DNA from: Actinomycetaceae bacterium
GTDB lineage: Bacteria > Actinomycetota > Actinomycetes > Actinomycetales > Actinomycetaceae
Direction of reading: 5' to 3'
Length of the DNA: 64,000 nt
NCBI GenBank assembly: GCA_030537735.1
Contig: JAUNVG010000001.1
Span: forward strand, 238,160 to 302,159
Below, piece after piece: positions 1-10,588 of the stretch. Positions within the stretch are counted from its first letter, which is position 1. Every line of letters begins with the position of its first letter. Both the position numbers and the translations under genes were made by a program. The notes below the pieces were generated by a model that saw only the letters and a program-made list of their open reading frames with translations, was not told where the DNA came from and ran no database searches.

Positions 1-483
1 GCCACTGGTGCCCGCATCAGTGAAGTTATCGCACTCACCCCGGGCGATATTGAGTTCGCTGACCCCGCGCATGTGCGCCTGTTTGGCAAAGGACGCAAGG
101 AAAGACTGGTTCCCCTGGGTGATTACGCAGCGGCGGCACTGAAGGATTACCTCACGGCATCGCGGCCGGCACTGGCGGCTCGGAATCGCGGCGGCGCTAG
201 CGGTGGCAACGCGGTGTTCTTAAACCTGCGAGGACGGCCCCTGACCCGGCAAAGTGCCTGGGAGATTGTTACCCGGGCAGCGCAGGCAGCTGAGATTGAG
301 GTCAACGTCTCCCCGCACATGCTGCGGCACTCGTTTGCGACGCATCTACTGGAAGGGGGAGCGTCGATACGAGACGTGCAAGAACTGTTGGGACACGCCT
401 CGTTGACTACCACGCAGATATACACGCGGGTAACGATATCTACCCTTAGGGAGGTCCACGCCCTCACGCACCCACGTAGCTAG
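1..483 (+). CDS. xerD: Tyrosine recombinase XerD, C-terminal part (5' end outside window)
   Basis: Frame 1 is open from nt 1. Motifs [27 protein letters not shown] and [16 protein letters not shown] match the catalytic C-terminal box of Xer recombinases. Sits upstream of parA-scpAB as in other actinobacteria. Confidence 0.85.
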   Translation, partial: ATGARISEVIALTPGDIEFADPAHVRLFGKGRKERLVPLGDYAAAALKDYLTASRPALAARNRGGASGGNAVFLNLRGRPLTRQSAWEIVTRAAQAAEIEVNVSPHMLRHSFATHLLEGGASIRDVQELLGHASLTTTQIYTRVTISTLREVHALTHPRS

Positions 484-529
484 GCGATGACTGCTCTTTT
501 GGCGCGCGGTTGAAGCGTGGAAACGAAAG

Positions 530-1414
530 ATGACATATCCTAAAAGGGTGAGTGATATTCAGCCTGGCCTTGTTCCTGTTCCCCCTGAAGGCGGACGTGA
601 TGATGCCTTCCCCACGCCTGCGCCGTTAGACAGTCATGGTCCGGCGCGGGTGATTGCGATGTGTAACCAAAAAGGTGGTGTAGGCAAGACCACAACCACC
701 ATAAACTTGGCTGCCTCCTTGGCTGAGTACGGTAGGCGCGTGCTGATTGTAGACTTCGACCCCCAAGGCGCTGCCTCCGCCGGATTGGGCGTTAACTCCG
801 CTTCCTTGGAGCTAACGATCTACAACTTACTTTTGAATCCGCGGCTACCTGTCACCGACGCTATTGTGCGCACCGAGGTGCCGGGCCTGGACATCATTCC
901 CGCCAACATCGACCTTTCCGCTGCCGAGGTCCAGCTTGTGAACGAAGTCGCAAGAGAACAAGCTCTCAGCCGCGTGCTGCGACCGATTATTGACGATTAC
1001 GACGTCATCATTATCGACTGTCAGCCTTCTTTGGGACTGCTAACGGTAAATGCCCTCACCGCCGCTCACGGGGTGATGATTCCCCTGGAGGCGGAGTTCT
1101 TCGCGCTGCGCGGGGTGGCCTTACTGGTCGACACCATCGATATGGTGCGCGACCGTTTGAACCCGCGCCTCACCATTGACGGTATTTTGCCCACCATGGT
1201 GGATCTGCGCACCCTGCACTCCAGGGAAGTGCTGGAGCGCGTGAAGGAAGCCTTTGGTGACAAGGTCTATGACACGGTGATTCGCCGGGCCATTAAGTTC
1301 GCTGACGCTACCGTAGCTACCGAACCGATAACGGTCTACGCCCCCACGCATCCAGGAGCGCACGCCTACCGGCGTTTGGCGCGTGAGGTGATTGCGCGTG
1401 GCGACGCTGCCTGA
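530..1414 (+). CDS. ParA/Soj-family partitioning ATPase
   Basis: Deviant Walker A KGGVGKTTTTINLA and DFDPQG motif. Position before scpA-scpB. Confidence 0.85.
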   Translation: MTYPKRVSDIQPGLVPVPPEGGRDDAFPTPAPLDSHGPARVIAMCNQKGGVGKTTTTINLAASLAEYGRRVLIVDFDPQGAASAGLGVNSASLELTIYNLLLNPRLPVTDAIVRTEVPGLDIIPANIDLSAAEVQLVNEVAREQALSRVLRPIIDDYDVIIIDCQPSLGLLTVNALTAAHGVMIPLEAEFFALRGVALLVDTIDMVRDRLNPRLTIDGILPTMVDLRTLHSREVLERVKEAFGDKVYDTVIRRAIKFADATVATEPITVYAPTHPGAHAYRRLAREVIARGDAA

Positions 1415-2216
1415 AACCCCCACCGATACGCAGCCGAAAACAAACAGCGGATTTCACGTCAATCTGGAAAACTTTTCCGGCCCCTTTGACCTGCTGTTAG
1501 GTCTGATATCTCAACGCCAGCTTGATATCACGGAAGTGGCTTTAGCTGAAGTCACCGACGAGTTCATTTCCTACATGCGCCAGGAACCCGATCTTTCCTC
1601 CACCAGTGAGTTCCTGGTGGTGGCGGCGACATTGCTTGATATGAAGGCGCACAGTCTGCTTCCGCGCAGTGAAGATGAAGAGCACGAGGATTTAGAGTAC
1701 CTCGAGACGCGCGACCTACTGTTTTCCCGGTTGCTGCAATACCGGGCGTTCAAGCAGGTGGCTGCGATATTTTCCGGCTTGTGGGCAGCGGGGGCACACA
1801 CCCATCCGCGCGCGGTGACGTTGGAACCTCAGTTCGAAAAGGTACTGCCCACCTTAAAGTGGACGCTAACCCCGCAGGAGCTTGCCCGCCTAGCTGCCAA
1901 CGCCCTCAGCCGTAAGCCGCCGCAGGTAGTGACCACCCATCTACACGACCCGCTGGTTCCAGTGCGTCCGCAAGCGGAGCTCATCTTGGCGCGAGTCAAG
2001 CTCTTAGGGCAAGCCTCCTTCGCCCAGCTGTGTGAGGACGCAGCTGACTTGAACACTGTCGTGTCAAGATTCCTGGCGATTTTAGACCTGTACCGGGAAG
2101 GCGCCATAGAGTTCCACCAGCCCCGCCCCTTGGAGGAACTGCTCATCCGTTGGAGTGGCCAGGAGACTAAGGTGGCGCAGATGACCATTGATGAAGAAGA
2201 ATCTTCCCCCGTTTAA
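1392..2216 (+). CDS. scpA: Segregation and condensation protein A
   Basis: N-terminal FSGPFDLLLGLI...LDITEVALAEVTDEF is typical of ScpA. Followed by scpB. Start overlaps the parA end by 23 nt, so the start is uncertain. Confidence 0.8.
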   Translation: MRVATLPETPTDTQPKTNSGFHVNLENFSGPFDLLLGLISQRQLDITEVALAEVTDEFISYMRQEPDLSSTSEFLVVAATLLDMKAHSLLPRSEDEEHEDLEYLETRDLLFSRLLQYRAFKQVAAIFSGLWAAGAHTHPRAVTLEPQFEKVLPTLKWTLTPQELARLAANALSRKPPQVVTTHLHDPLVPVRPQAELILARVKLLGQASFAQLCEDAADLNTVVSRFLAILDLYREGAIEFHQPRPLEELLIRWSGQETKVAQMTIDEEESSPV

Positions 2217-2258
2217 ACGGTACAATCAGGCAGGTAGAGATATTGACGGGAGGTCAAG

Positions 2259-2855
2259 ATGAGTGAAAAAGACGGCCAAGAAACGCAGCTACAGTGGCAC
2301 AGTGAGTCACAGCTACGTAGTCATCTTGAAGCCATTTTGATGGTGGTAGACGCTCCCGCAAGAGTTGAAGATCTAGCGCAAACCTTCCAACTTGAAGAAG
2401 GTTATCTCCAGCAGCTTTTACAGACCATGAGCCGCCAATACGAAGAAGAAGGCAGAGGCTTCCAACTGCGCGAAATCGCGCAAGGCTGGCGGTTCTATTC
2501 CCATCCCGATAGCGCCGACGCGGTGAAGGCTTTCATAGCTGGAAATCACACCCAAAAGTTGACGCAAGCTGCCCTGGAGACTCTGGCTGTCATTGCCTAC
2601 CGTCAGCCCATAACTCGGCAGCAAATATCTGCCATACGAGGCGTTAACGTTGATTCGGTGCTGCGCGGACTGGTGGTGCGAGGCCTGGTTGAAGAAGTCG
2701 GGCAGACCGCTACCGGGGCAGGCCTGTATCAGACGACTACCGAGTTTTTAGAGCGCATGGGACTGCGGTCACTGGAAGAACTAGCTCCTCTTGCCCCGTT
2801 CCTACCTAAAGCCGATGAGTTAGATGAGATTGCGAAGTTAGTGGAGGAAGCATGA
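2259..2855 (+). CDS. scpB: Segregation and condensation protein B
   Basis: Motifs LEAILMVVDAP and TLAVIAYRQPITRQQISAIRGVNVD (ScpB winged-helix repeats). 4-nt ATGA overlap with the next gene. Confidence 0.8.
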   Translation: MSEKDGQETQLQWHSESQLRSHLEAILMVVDAPARVEDLAQTFQLEEGYLQQLLQTMSRQYEEEGRGFQLREIAQGWRFYSHPDSADAVKAFIAGNHTQKLTQAALETLAVIAYRQPITRQQISAIRGVNVDSVLRGLVVRGLVEEVGQTATGAGLYQTTTEFLERMGLRSLEELAPLAPFLPKADELDEIAKLVEEA

Positions 2856-3598
2856 AAAACGACCCGCATGTAGCAGATGGCGTGAGGCTGCAAAAAGTAA
2901 TCGCGCAAAGTGGAGTTGCCTCCAGACGCAATGCCGAAAAACTCATGGAAGCTGGGCGCGTAAGCGTAGATGGCAAAGTGGTACGCCAACTGGGCACTCG
3001 CATCGACCCCAAGCGGCAAGTAGTGCACGTAGATGGGGAGCGACTGTTCTTAGAAGACTCCCCAGTAACCCTTGCGTTGAATAAACCGATGGGGGTCGTG
3101 TCCACTTTGGAAGATCCCGACGGGCGCCCCTGCCTGGCGGATTATGTTGAAGACTACCCGCAGCGACTGTTCCACGTCGGGCGGCTAGATATCGACACCG
3201 CTGGCCTGATCTTGCTCACCAATGACGGAGAGTTAGCCCACCGTCTAATGCACCCGTCCTGGGAAGTTCCGAAAACCTATGTCGCGACGGTTTCTGGGGA
3301 GGTTCCCCGCGGGCTTCGCCGCCACCTGCTACGTGGGATTGAACTGGAAGACGGGCCAGTACAGGTTGAAGACTTCCAGATCAACGACCACTACGGTGAC
3401 ATGACCATCGTGCAAATCCGACTACACGAAGGTCGCAACCGCATCGTGAGGCGCATTTTCGAACAAGTCGGGTTCCCGGTAGTGGAACTGGTTCGCACCG
3501 AGTTCGGCCCGGTTAAGATTGGGCGCCTACATCCTGGGGTGACGCGCCGCGTAACAGGCCCCGTGCTCAGTGCACTTTATTCCAGCGTAGGACTGTAG
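2852..3598 (+). CDS. rluB: RsuA/RluB-family rRNA pseudouridine synthase
   Basis: S4 domain (RLQKVIAQSGVASRRNAEKLMEAGRVSVDG) plus catalytic HVGRLDIDTAGLILLTNDGEL motif. Confidence 0.85.
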   Translation: MKNDPHVADGVRLQKVIAQSGVASRRNAEKLMEAGRVSVDGKVVRQLGTRIDPKRQVVHVDGERLFLEDSPVTLALNKPMGVVSTLEDPDGRPCLADYVEDYPQRLFHVGRLDIDTAGLILLTNDGELAHRLMHPSWEVPKTYVATVSGEVPRGLRRHLLRGIELEDGPVQVEDFQINDHYGDMTIVQIRLHEGRNRIVRRIFEQVGFPVVELVRTEFGPVKIGRLHPGVTRRVTGPVLSALYSSVGL

Positions 3599-3600
3599 CG

Positions 3601-4755
3601 ATGGCTCACCCTGTAGATTCCCAACCCATAGCTACCGCCGGACGTGTAGTCATTATCGGCTCCGGACTGCTGGGCACATCGATTGCGCTTCTGCTTCGCG
3701 CCAAGAATGTGGAAGTCTACCTTGAAGACGCATCCCCGGTATCCTTGGCGCTGGCTTGCGACCTAGGTGGCGGCCAGGCGGCAGCGAAGTACGCTGGTGA
3801 CTCTGACTGGCACCAAAGCATTGCGTTGGCTGTGATCGCGGTTCCCCCAGACGTCACCGCACCTGTCACCATTGATGCCTTAAAGCGTTTCCCCAATGCG
3901 GTAGTGACAGATGTTGCCTCGGTGAAGACCCCCATCCTCAATGCGGTTCTTGCCGCTGACGTGGATCATCACCGCTACGTGCCATCCCACCCCATGGCCG
4001 GTCGGGAACGCTCCGGCGCGAGCGCCGCCGATCAGGACTTGTTCCGCTCCCGCCCCTGGGTGGTTATAAACCACCCTAAGGCAAGTAAACATGCCTTACT
4101 GACCGTGCGGGACCTGGCATTAGACTGCGGGGCGAGCGTAGTTAACTTAGACGCTACCGAACACGATCGGGCGGTAGCGATCGTCTCCCACGTGCCCCAG
4201 CTGGTTTCCTCACTACTAGCTGCACGCCTCGTGGAAGCCCCCGAGGAGGCCCTCGGGCTAATAGGGCAGGGGCTGCGTGATACCACTCGCATCGCTAACT
4301 CCGACCCGCGTCTTTGGAACTCCATCATCTGCGGCAACCGCGGCCCCATCAGCTCAGTGCTGACAGCTTTCGCCAAAGACCTTAGCGATCTACTCTCTGG
4401 CCTGACGGTAGCGACCGACAGTGATTTCGGCGAAGCGATAGCCACCCCCGGCTGCGTGGGCGCGGTCAATAGCGCCATGCAGGCCGGCAACGAGGGCGCC
4501 GCTCGCATACCTGGAAAACACGGTGGTGCACCCAGACGGTGGTCGGTGGTGGCCGTCCTCGTGCCCGACAAACCCGGGGAACTCGGCAGGCTATTTACCG
4601 ACCTGGGGGCGGTGGGGATAAATATTGAAGATTTCTCCATGGATCACTCCGCCTACCAAAGGGTCGGAACAGCATACCTCAGCGTCGATCCGGCGCAAGC
4701 GGCTGAAGCTGAAGGCGAACTTGCCCAGCGCGGCTGGCGCATCGTGAAGCAATAA
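3601..4755 (+). CDS. tyrA: Prephenate dehydrogenase with C-terminal ACT-like domain
   Basis: Rossmann motif [23 protein letters not shown] motif, and a C-terminal ACT-like segment [14 protein letters not shown]. Confidence 0.8.
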   Translation: MAHPVDSQPIATAGRVVIIGSGLLGTSIALLLRAKNVEVYLEDASPVSLALACDLGGGQAAAKYAGDSDWHQSIALAVIAVPPDVTAPVTIDALKRFPNAVVTDVASVKTPILNAVLAADVDHHRYVPSHPMAGRERSGASAADQDLFRSRPWVVINHPKASKHALLTVRDLALDCGASVVNLDATEHDRAVAIVSHVPQLVSSLLAARLVEAPEEALGLIGQGLRDTTRIANSDPRLWNSIICGNRGPISSVLTAFAKDLSDLLSGLTVATDSDFGEAIATPGCVGAVNSAMQAGNEGAARIPGKHGGAPRRWSVVAVLVPDKPGELGRLFTDLGAVGINIEDFSMDHSAYQRVGTAYLSVDPAQAAEAEGELAQRGWRIVKQ

Positions 4756-4771
4756 GGAAGGAAACGTCCTC

Positions 4772-7009
4772 ATGAAGAAAGCCAACTGTTCGGCCCAAGA
4801 CGTCAAACCACTAATAAGTCCGCGCCGCCCCCTCACCGTAGCTATTGACGGCCCTTCCGGCTCTGGTAAGTCCACCATCGCCCGCAGCCTCGCGCGTGGA
4901 CTGGACCTAGACTACCTCGACACCGGCGCCATGTACCGGGCCTTGACTTGGTACTGTTTAGAAAACGACCTGCCCTTAGATGACCATGCGGCAGTCGCAG
5001 GTGCAGCGGATTCCTTCCCTCTGGAGCTGTCCACCGATCCTGACGACTTCAGGGTGCAGGTTGCAGGTGAGGACGTTACCTCCCAAATCCGGGAATCTTT
5101 CATCTCGCAACAGGTTTCAAAGGTCGCCACTAACCTGGATGTGCGCCAAGCCTTGGTGCGTCGCCAACGCGAAATAATCGACCAGTGCCAGGGGCAAGGC
5201 ACCGGCTTAAGCCTGTCCGAGTGGGCAGCTGGGGCTGAGCCTGAAGCCAAGCGCACAGGTAGGGGAGTAGTGGCTGAAGGGCGCGACATCACCACCGTGG
5301 TCGCCCCTGACGCTAATGTGCGCATACTGCTCACAGCCAGTGAGGAAGCGCGCCTACGCCGGCGCGCCCAGCAGTTACACGGGCAGGCAGATGAGGAAAA
5401 ACTCCAAGCTACCCGCGCCGAAGTGGTAGATCGCGACGCGCAGGACTCCACCGTTGTTAACTTCACTGAAGCTGCAGACGGGGTAGTGGAAATCGATTCT
5501 TCCGCGTGGAGCGTGGAAGAAACGCTCTCTTACCTGTACTGCCTGCTGCAGACCCTATTCGGCGAAGATGAAGAAGAGGAAGCCTGCGCGCGAGTAATGC
5601 GTGCTTCCTTGGAGCAATACGACCTAACCGCTGAAGATGCCGCGGTCCTAGAGCTGGAGCCCGACGATGCTGACAGCTCCACGCCGGCGGCGGGGCTACC
5701 CGTTTTAGCGATAATCGGCCGGCCCAACGTGGGTAAATCCACCATGGTAAACCGCATAATCCAAAGACGGGCGGCGGTAGTGCAAGACACTCCCGGAGTC
5801 ACCCGTGACCGCGTTTCCTACCAAGCCCACTGGGCGGGACGGGACTTCACCGTGGTGGACACCGGTGGCTGGGAGCTAGACACCCGCGGGTTGGATAAGT
5901 CCGTTGCCGAACAGGCGGAGATCGCCATTGAAATGGCTGACGCCGTGCTGCTGGTGGTGGATGCCACGGTGGGAGCAACCGCTACCGATGAGCACCTGGT
6001 AAAGGTCCTTCGCCGCAGTGGTAAACCGGTGGTGTTAGCTGCCAACAAGGTTGATTCCGCCGGACAAGAAGCAGATGTTGCCTACCTGTGGTCACTGGGA
6101 TTGGGCGAGCCCTACCCGGTTTCTGCCCTGCACGGGCGCGGCTCGGGGGACCTGCTTGACGCCATTATGGAGGTCTTGCCTCAAGAGTCGGCCCTTGCCC
6201 AAGCCCCACCGGAGGACGGCGTGCGCAGGATTGCTCTGCTGGGGCGACCCAACGTCGGTAAATCCTCATTACTGAATGCGCTCGCCAAAGGGGAGCGGGT
6301 GGTGGTTAACGACCTGGCGGGAACCACGCGCGACCCGGTAGATGAACTGGTTGAGATTGATGGCCGCCCCTGGTGGTTTGTGGACACCGCCGGGATCCGC
6401 CGGAAAATGCACAGGACGTCGGGGGCTGACTACTACGCCTCCCTGCGCACTCAGGCAGCGCTGGAAAAGTCCGAGGTCGCCCTCGTACTGTTGGACGCAT
6501 CGGTCCCGCTGACGGAACAAGACGTACGAATCGTGCAGCAAGCCGTTGATGCCGGGCGCGCACTGGTGATCATTAACAATAAATGGGACCTGGTGGATGA
6601 AGAACGCAGAGACCTGCTGCGCGGTGAACACGCACGCGACCTCGCGCACGTATCTTGGGCATCGACTATTAATATCTCCGCCAAAACCACCTGGCACACC
6701 AACCGGCTGGTGCGTGCCATCGACCAGGCTTTGGACGGGTGGCAGACCCGTATCTCCACAGGTAAGCTCAACTCTTTCCTAGGGGAGTTGGTAGCGGCGC
6801 ACCCGCACCCGGTTCGCGGAGGCAAACAGCCTCGCATACTTTTTGCCACCCAAGCGGGCACGCGCCCGCCGCGTTTCGTCATCTTCACCACCGGATTCCT
6901 TGATCCCGGTTACCGTAGGTTCATAGAACGTCGGTTGAGGGAAACCTTCGGATTCCACGGCACACCCATTCAAATCAGTGTTCGCGTGCGCGAAAAGCGT
7001 CGCAAGTAG
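4772..7009 (+). CDS. cmk-der: Fused cytidylate kinase / GTPase Der (EngA)
   Basis: N-terminal Cmk ([26 protein letters not shown]). An acidic linker follows. Then two Der GTPase domains (GRPNVGKST twice, DTGG/DTAG, NKVD/NKWD) and a KH-like C-terminus. Confidence 0.85.
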   Translation: MKKANCSAQDVKPLISPRRPLTVAIDGPSGSGKSTIARSLARGLDLDYLDTGAMYRALTWYCLENDLPLDDHAAVAGAADSFPLELSTDPDDFRVQVAGEDVTSQIRESFISQQVSKVATNLDVRQALVRRQREIIDQCQGQGTGLSLSEWAAGAEPEAKRTGRGVVAEGRDITTVVAPDANVRILLTASEEARLRRRAQQLHGQADEEKLQATRAEVVDRDAQDSTVVNFTEAADGVVEIDSSAWSVEETLSYLYCLLQTLFGEDEEEEACARVMRASLEQYDLTAEDAAVLELEPDDADSSTPAAGLPVLAIIGRPNVGKSTMVNRIIQRRAAVVQDTPGVTRDRVSYQAHWAGRDFTVVDTGGWELDTRGLDKSVAEQAEIAIEMADAVLLVVDATVGATATDEHLVKVLRRSGKPVVLAANKVDSAGQEADVAYLWSLGLGEPYPVSALHGRGSGDLLDAIMEVLPQESALAQAPPEDGVRRIALLGRPNVGKSSLLNALAKGERVVVNDLAGTTRDPVDELVEIDGRPWWFVDTAGIRRKMHRTSGADYYASLRTQAALEKSEVALVLLDASVPLTEQDVRIVQQAVDAGRALVIINNKWDLVDEERRDLLRGEHARDLAHVSWASTINISAKTTWHTNRLVRAIDQALDGWQTRISTGKLNSFLGELVAAHPHPVRGGKQPRILFATQAGTRPPRFVIFTTGFLDPGYRRFIERRLRETFGFHGTPIQISVRVREKRRK

Positions 7010-7020
7010 GAGAAGTCACC

Positions 7021-7980
7021 ATGGCAATTGCAAAGATTTTGCTTTACTACGGGATCACGCCCATATCGGATCCTGAGGCTATTCGCTTATGGCAGCGAGA
7101 ACTCGCTAACAGCCTGGGGTTGCGCGGACGCATAATAGTCTCCCACCAGGGGATTAACGGCACTGTCGGCGGTGACCTGGACGCGGTCAAGCTCTACCGG
7201 CGTCGCACCCGCGAATACCAGGCCTTTGCCGATATAGATTTCAAATGGTCGGAAGGAACCGGACTGGACGAGCACGGGTACTCCCTGGATTTTCCCCGCC
7301 TGTCCGTTAAGGTACGGCCCGAACTCGTATCCTTCGGGGTACCAGAAGCGGTACATGTGGGCGATCGCGGCGTAGTCGGGGGAGGGAAGCATCTTTCCCC
7401 GGAGGAAGTAAACGCCCTGGTAGCCGAACGCGGCGACGAAGTAGCTTTCTTTGACGGGCGCAATGCTTGGGAAGCGCGACTGGGGAAGTTCAAAGACGCC
7501 GTGGTTCCGCCGGTGGGTACCAGTCATGACTTCGCGGCGCAGATAAGTGGTGGGAAGTTCGACCACCTGAAGGATCGCCCGGTAATCACCTACTGCACCG
7601 GGGGAGTGCGCTGTGAGTTCCTCTCCGCCATGCTCCTTCAGCAGGGCTTCAAAGAGGTGTACCAAATTGATGGCGGAATCGTACGCTACGGGGAAAAGTA
7701 CGGTAACAACGGACTGTGGGAAGGGTCTCTAGCCGTTTTTGACGGGCGTGAACTGGTTGACTTTGGCCCGGATGTGAAGACGATTTCTACCTGCGATAGC
7801 TGCGGCCAGCCGACCTCGCTACTGGCTAACTGCGGTGACGACACCTGTGTGCGACGTTTTATTTGCTGCCCGCAGTGTCAGCAGGTGAAGTGCCCCGATC
7901 ACGGTTTGACGAAGGTACGACGCGCCGGCGAACCTTCGATCGCGGACGGCGCCGCCGCCTCCACGGGCGAGCCGCAATAA
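7021..7980 (+). CDS. trhO: Rhodanese-domain tRNA U34 hydroxylase TrhO (UPF0176/YceA family)
   Basis: Motifs GRIIVSHQGINGTVGG and rhodanese active-site loop YCTGGVRCE, with a Cys-rich C-terminus. Confidence 0.8.
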   Translation: MAIAKILLYYGITPISDPEAIRLWQRELANSLGLRGRIIVSHQGINGTVGGDLDAVKLYRRRTREYQAFADIDFKWSEGTGLDEHGYSLDFPRLSVKVRPELVSFGVPEAVHVGDRGVVGGGKHLSPEEVNALVAERGDEVAFFDGRNAWEARLGKFKDAVVPPVGTSHDFAAQISGGKFDHLKDRPVITYCTGGVRCEFLSAMLLQQGFKEVYQIDGGIVRYGEKYGNNGLWEGSLAVFDGRELVDFGPDVKTISTCDSCGQPTSLLANCGDDTCVRRFICCPQCQQVKCPDHGLTKVRRAGEPSIADGAAASTGEPQ

Positions 7981-8893
7981 CGGGGCTGCGACGGTGCCTG
8001 AGCACTGATACCAGCCCTTCCAGGCCAAGTATCGCCACGGCTGTCCACATCCCAATGTAGGTGCCCCACTGATTGCCGGTAATGCGCTCTCCGACGAGGA
8101 CGGCAACTACCGTCACCAAGGCGGGTTCAAGGTAGGAAAGCAGGCCGAAGATACCGTAGGGTAGTAGTTTTGCTGCCACCACGTAAAGCACTGTGCCGAT
8201 TACCGAAATACCGGCCATGAACACCAGTATTACCAGCACAATGGGACGCTCAGCTAAGAGCTCCAAGTCGGCGCGAGTGCCGATGTACCACAGCACTACC
8301 GGTAGGGAAAGGGACATCTCCCACACCAGTGCTCCCACGCCGTCGGTTTCAAACTTGCGGCGGATGACGAAGTAGGCGGGGTAGCCTAAGCACACCAGGG
8401 CGGTCACCCACGATAGGTAGCCGATGCGAGCTATTTCCCAGATCACGGCGAATGCCGCTACCGCGGTGGCGACGTGGGAGAGGAAGCTCAGGCGCTCGCC
8501 GTATAGGAACCTACCTAGCACTACCATTGCCAGCGGCAGCAGGAAATACCCCAAGGTTAGATCCAGGGTATAGCCACTTTGCGGCGCCCAGCCAAACAGC
8601 CACATTTGCATCGCTAGCATGGGGGCGGTGAAGGCGTATGCCAGGAGTTTTTTCGGCTGCGCCACCACCCGTTTTGCTTCCCCAGTTACCCAGAAGAAAC
8701 GTCCGGTCACTAGGAGCGCGATCGTTATGCCTGGGATCGTGAGCAGGATGCGCCAAGCCCACACGTCAATACTGTTAATGGGCGCGATCCAGGCGATCAG
8801 TGCCGCTAAGTAGCTGAAGAGGGCGAAGGCTAGTGAAGACACTACCGAGGCAAAAAGGCCGCGACGATTCATGGGGTGTTTTGTTCCTGGCAC
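7859..8893 (-). CDS. rarD: EamA/RarD-family (DMT superfamily) permease
   Basis: About 10 predicted TM helices and RarD-like sequence. Arg-rich C-terminal tail overlaps the 3' end of trhO. Confidence 0.7.
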   Translation of the reverse strand: MPGTKHPMNRRGLFASVVSSLAFALFSYLAALIAWIAPINSIDVWAWRILLTIPGITIALLVTGRFFWVTGEAKRVVAQPKKLLAYAFTAPMLAMQMWLFGWAPQSGYTLDLTLGYFLLPLAMVVLGRFLYGERLSFLSHVATAVAAFAVIWEIARIGYLSWVTALVCLGYPAYFVIRRKFETDGVGALVWEMSLSLPVVLWYIGTRADLELLAERPIVLVILVFMAGISVIGTVLYVVAAKLLPYGIFGLLSYLEPALVTVVAVLVGERITGNQWGTYIGMWTAVAILGLEGLVSVLRHRRSPVIAARPWRRRRRPRSKVRRRVVPSSNRDRGTSPADTAGSK

Positions 8894-9002
8894 GAGCTGG
8901 GATGGAATGAGTAGTGCAAACTCTACCCGATTTATTTGCTGTTATGCATCCCGTAATCAGCGCGTGAAAGTGACCTTTGTCGCTACCTATTTTGGGTGCC
9001 TG

Positions 9003-10367
9003 TTAGGGCTTGGAATCACTCCTCACGTCCCATCTAGGATCAGATTGCACGCCCTTTGCCACCAGCACAGGATCGGCAGCCACTGGGGTGCGCAGCTTGG
9101 GGTAGCGCTTATCTTCTTTACCCCACCATGGCATGCGAGTGACGAACCCATCCACCGGGGGAGTGGGGGATTGCGGTTCAAGTCCGAAGTCCTGCGGGGT
9201 CTGGGGCAGCATGTCTACCACCCAGTACTTGTCGGCATCGTTAAAGTGCTCTTTAGCGATGGTGCGGTATTCGCCAAGTTCTTGGAAGATGCCGCTGGTG
9301 ACGGGGTTGCGACGCTTAACGATGACGATGTAGAGCCAGTAGGCGAACAGTAAGACGTTGGAAATCAGCGCCAGGCCAGAGCAGACGATATTAGCTGTCG
9401 GGTTCATGGTGGCGAAGTTAGACTGCCCCGGTGCGATGAGGAACTCTGGTAGCAGGTTGTTCATCGCAATCCAGAACATGAGGGTGTAGCAGCGGAACCA
9501 CAGCCACTGGCCTTTGGCCCACCAAAACGCCGGAATAGTGGCGGCAAGTAGTAGCGCCAGGGTGCAGTACCAGGTGTAGTCAGCTAAAGCGTTGTACAAG
9601 AAGGCGTGGTTCCACAGGTCGTAGGCAATGACCCAGGGCCATACCATGTCGACCCAGATCAAGCCCTTGACCTTTTCCTTCGGGTTGGTGGTAACAGCGA
9701 TCTTCGCCCAGCCGGTCATGGTGATGATGTTCAAGCAGCCAGCGATGGCGGACATAATGTTCCAGTAGCCACCAATGGTGCGGAAACCAGTTTCAGGGTC
9801 GATACCAACGTTGGTGGCTGCGAAGTTAGCAGCCACTGCTTGGTACCAGGCATCGGAGTGCAGGGGCTCAGTGACTCCGCGCGTTTCCGGTAGGCCATTG
9901 ATCATGTCGAGGGCGTGGGTGGCGTTGATTTCTTTCAGGCACTGCCAGTTCGCGGCGCAAGTGTTGTAGGCATCGGTGTGGAAGTAGATCGCGATGTCGC
10001 GAATATTTGCTTCCATAATATTGGTGGCGATACCAAGCCAGATGATGAAACCAATAACCATGATGTTGCGTCGGAACTTGCGCGGATTATTGCGCCCCAT
10101 GTATAGGAATACGCCGTTGCAGATGGAGACGGTGACCATGATGACGTACTTGCCGAAGGGGAACCATCCCACCATTGGCACCGCATGGTAGGCAGCGTAT
10201 GGCATGAGGGCGATTCCTCCGACCATCCAGATGGCGAAGACTGTCCATAGCCAGCGCCGGTTGATTTCGGCTACCGCTACTTGCGCTAGGAAGACGACGA
10301 TCCAGATTAGGTACAGCTTTGGGGTGCCGATTTCCCAAAGACCGAGGAAGGTATTCAAGGTGGTCAC
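9003..10367 (-). CDS. Uncharacterised Trp-rich polytopic membrane protein (paralog of 11672..12664)
   Basis: Long ORF with many hydrophobic segments. Clear similarity to the 330-aa ORF, for example GGYWNIMSAIAGCLN / GGAWNIMNGVAGILN and VIAYDLWNHAFLYN / IIAYDLWNFAFVYN. Confidence 0.6.
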   Translation of the reverse strand: MTTLNTFLGLWEIGTPKLYLIWIVVFLAQVAVAEINRRWLWTVFAIWMVGGIALMPYAAYHAVPMVGWFPFGKYVIMVTVSICNGVFLYMGRNNPRKFRRNIMVIGFIIWLGIATNIMEANIRDIAIYFHTDAYNTCAANWQCLKEINATHALDMINGLPETRGVTEPLHSDAWYQAVAANFAATNVGIDPETGFRTIGGYWNIMSAIAGCLNIITMTGWAKIAVTTNPKEKVKGLIWVDMVWPWVIAYDLWNHAFLYNALADYTWYCTLALLLAATIPAFWWAKGQWLWFRCYTLMFWIAMNNLLPEFLIAPGQSNFATMNPTANIVCSGLALISNVLLFAYWLYIVIVKRRNPVTSGIFQELGEYRTIAKEHFNDADKYWVVDMLPQTPQDFGLEPQSPTPPVDGFVTRMPWWGKEDKRYPKLRTPVAADPVLVAKGVQSDPRWDVRSDSKP

Positions 10368-10588
10368 CTTTCTGGTTACGAAGAATTTTCACTATTGGTT
10401 AGAATTTAAAGCTTGCGTTCACAGCCGGGGGAAGGGTTCGTCCTCGCACTGTCAGATTGCACCGCGAATTTAGTTCACATATTCGAACATTCGGGTCTTT
10501 CGTCCACCCTTTTTGTGTCACAAGTCACGTAAACTTGAACTACTTATCTACCGGGGCAACGCCGCCCCCACCAACCTGAATCGAAAGT

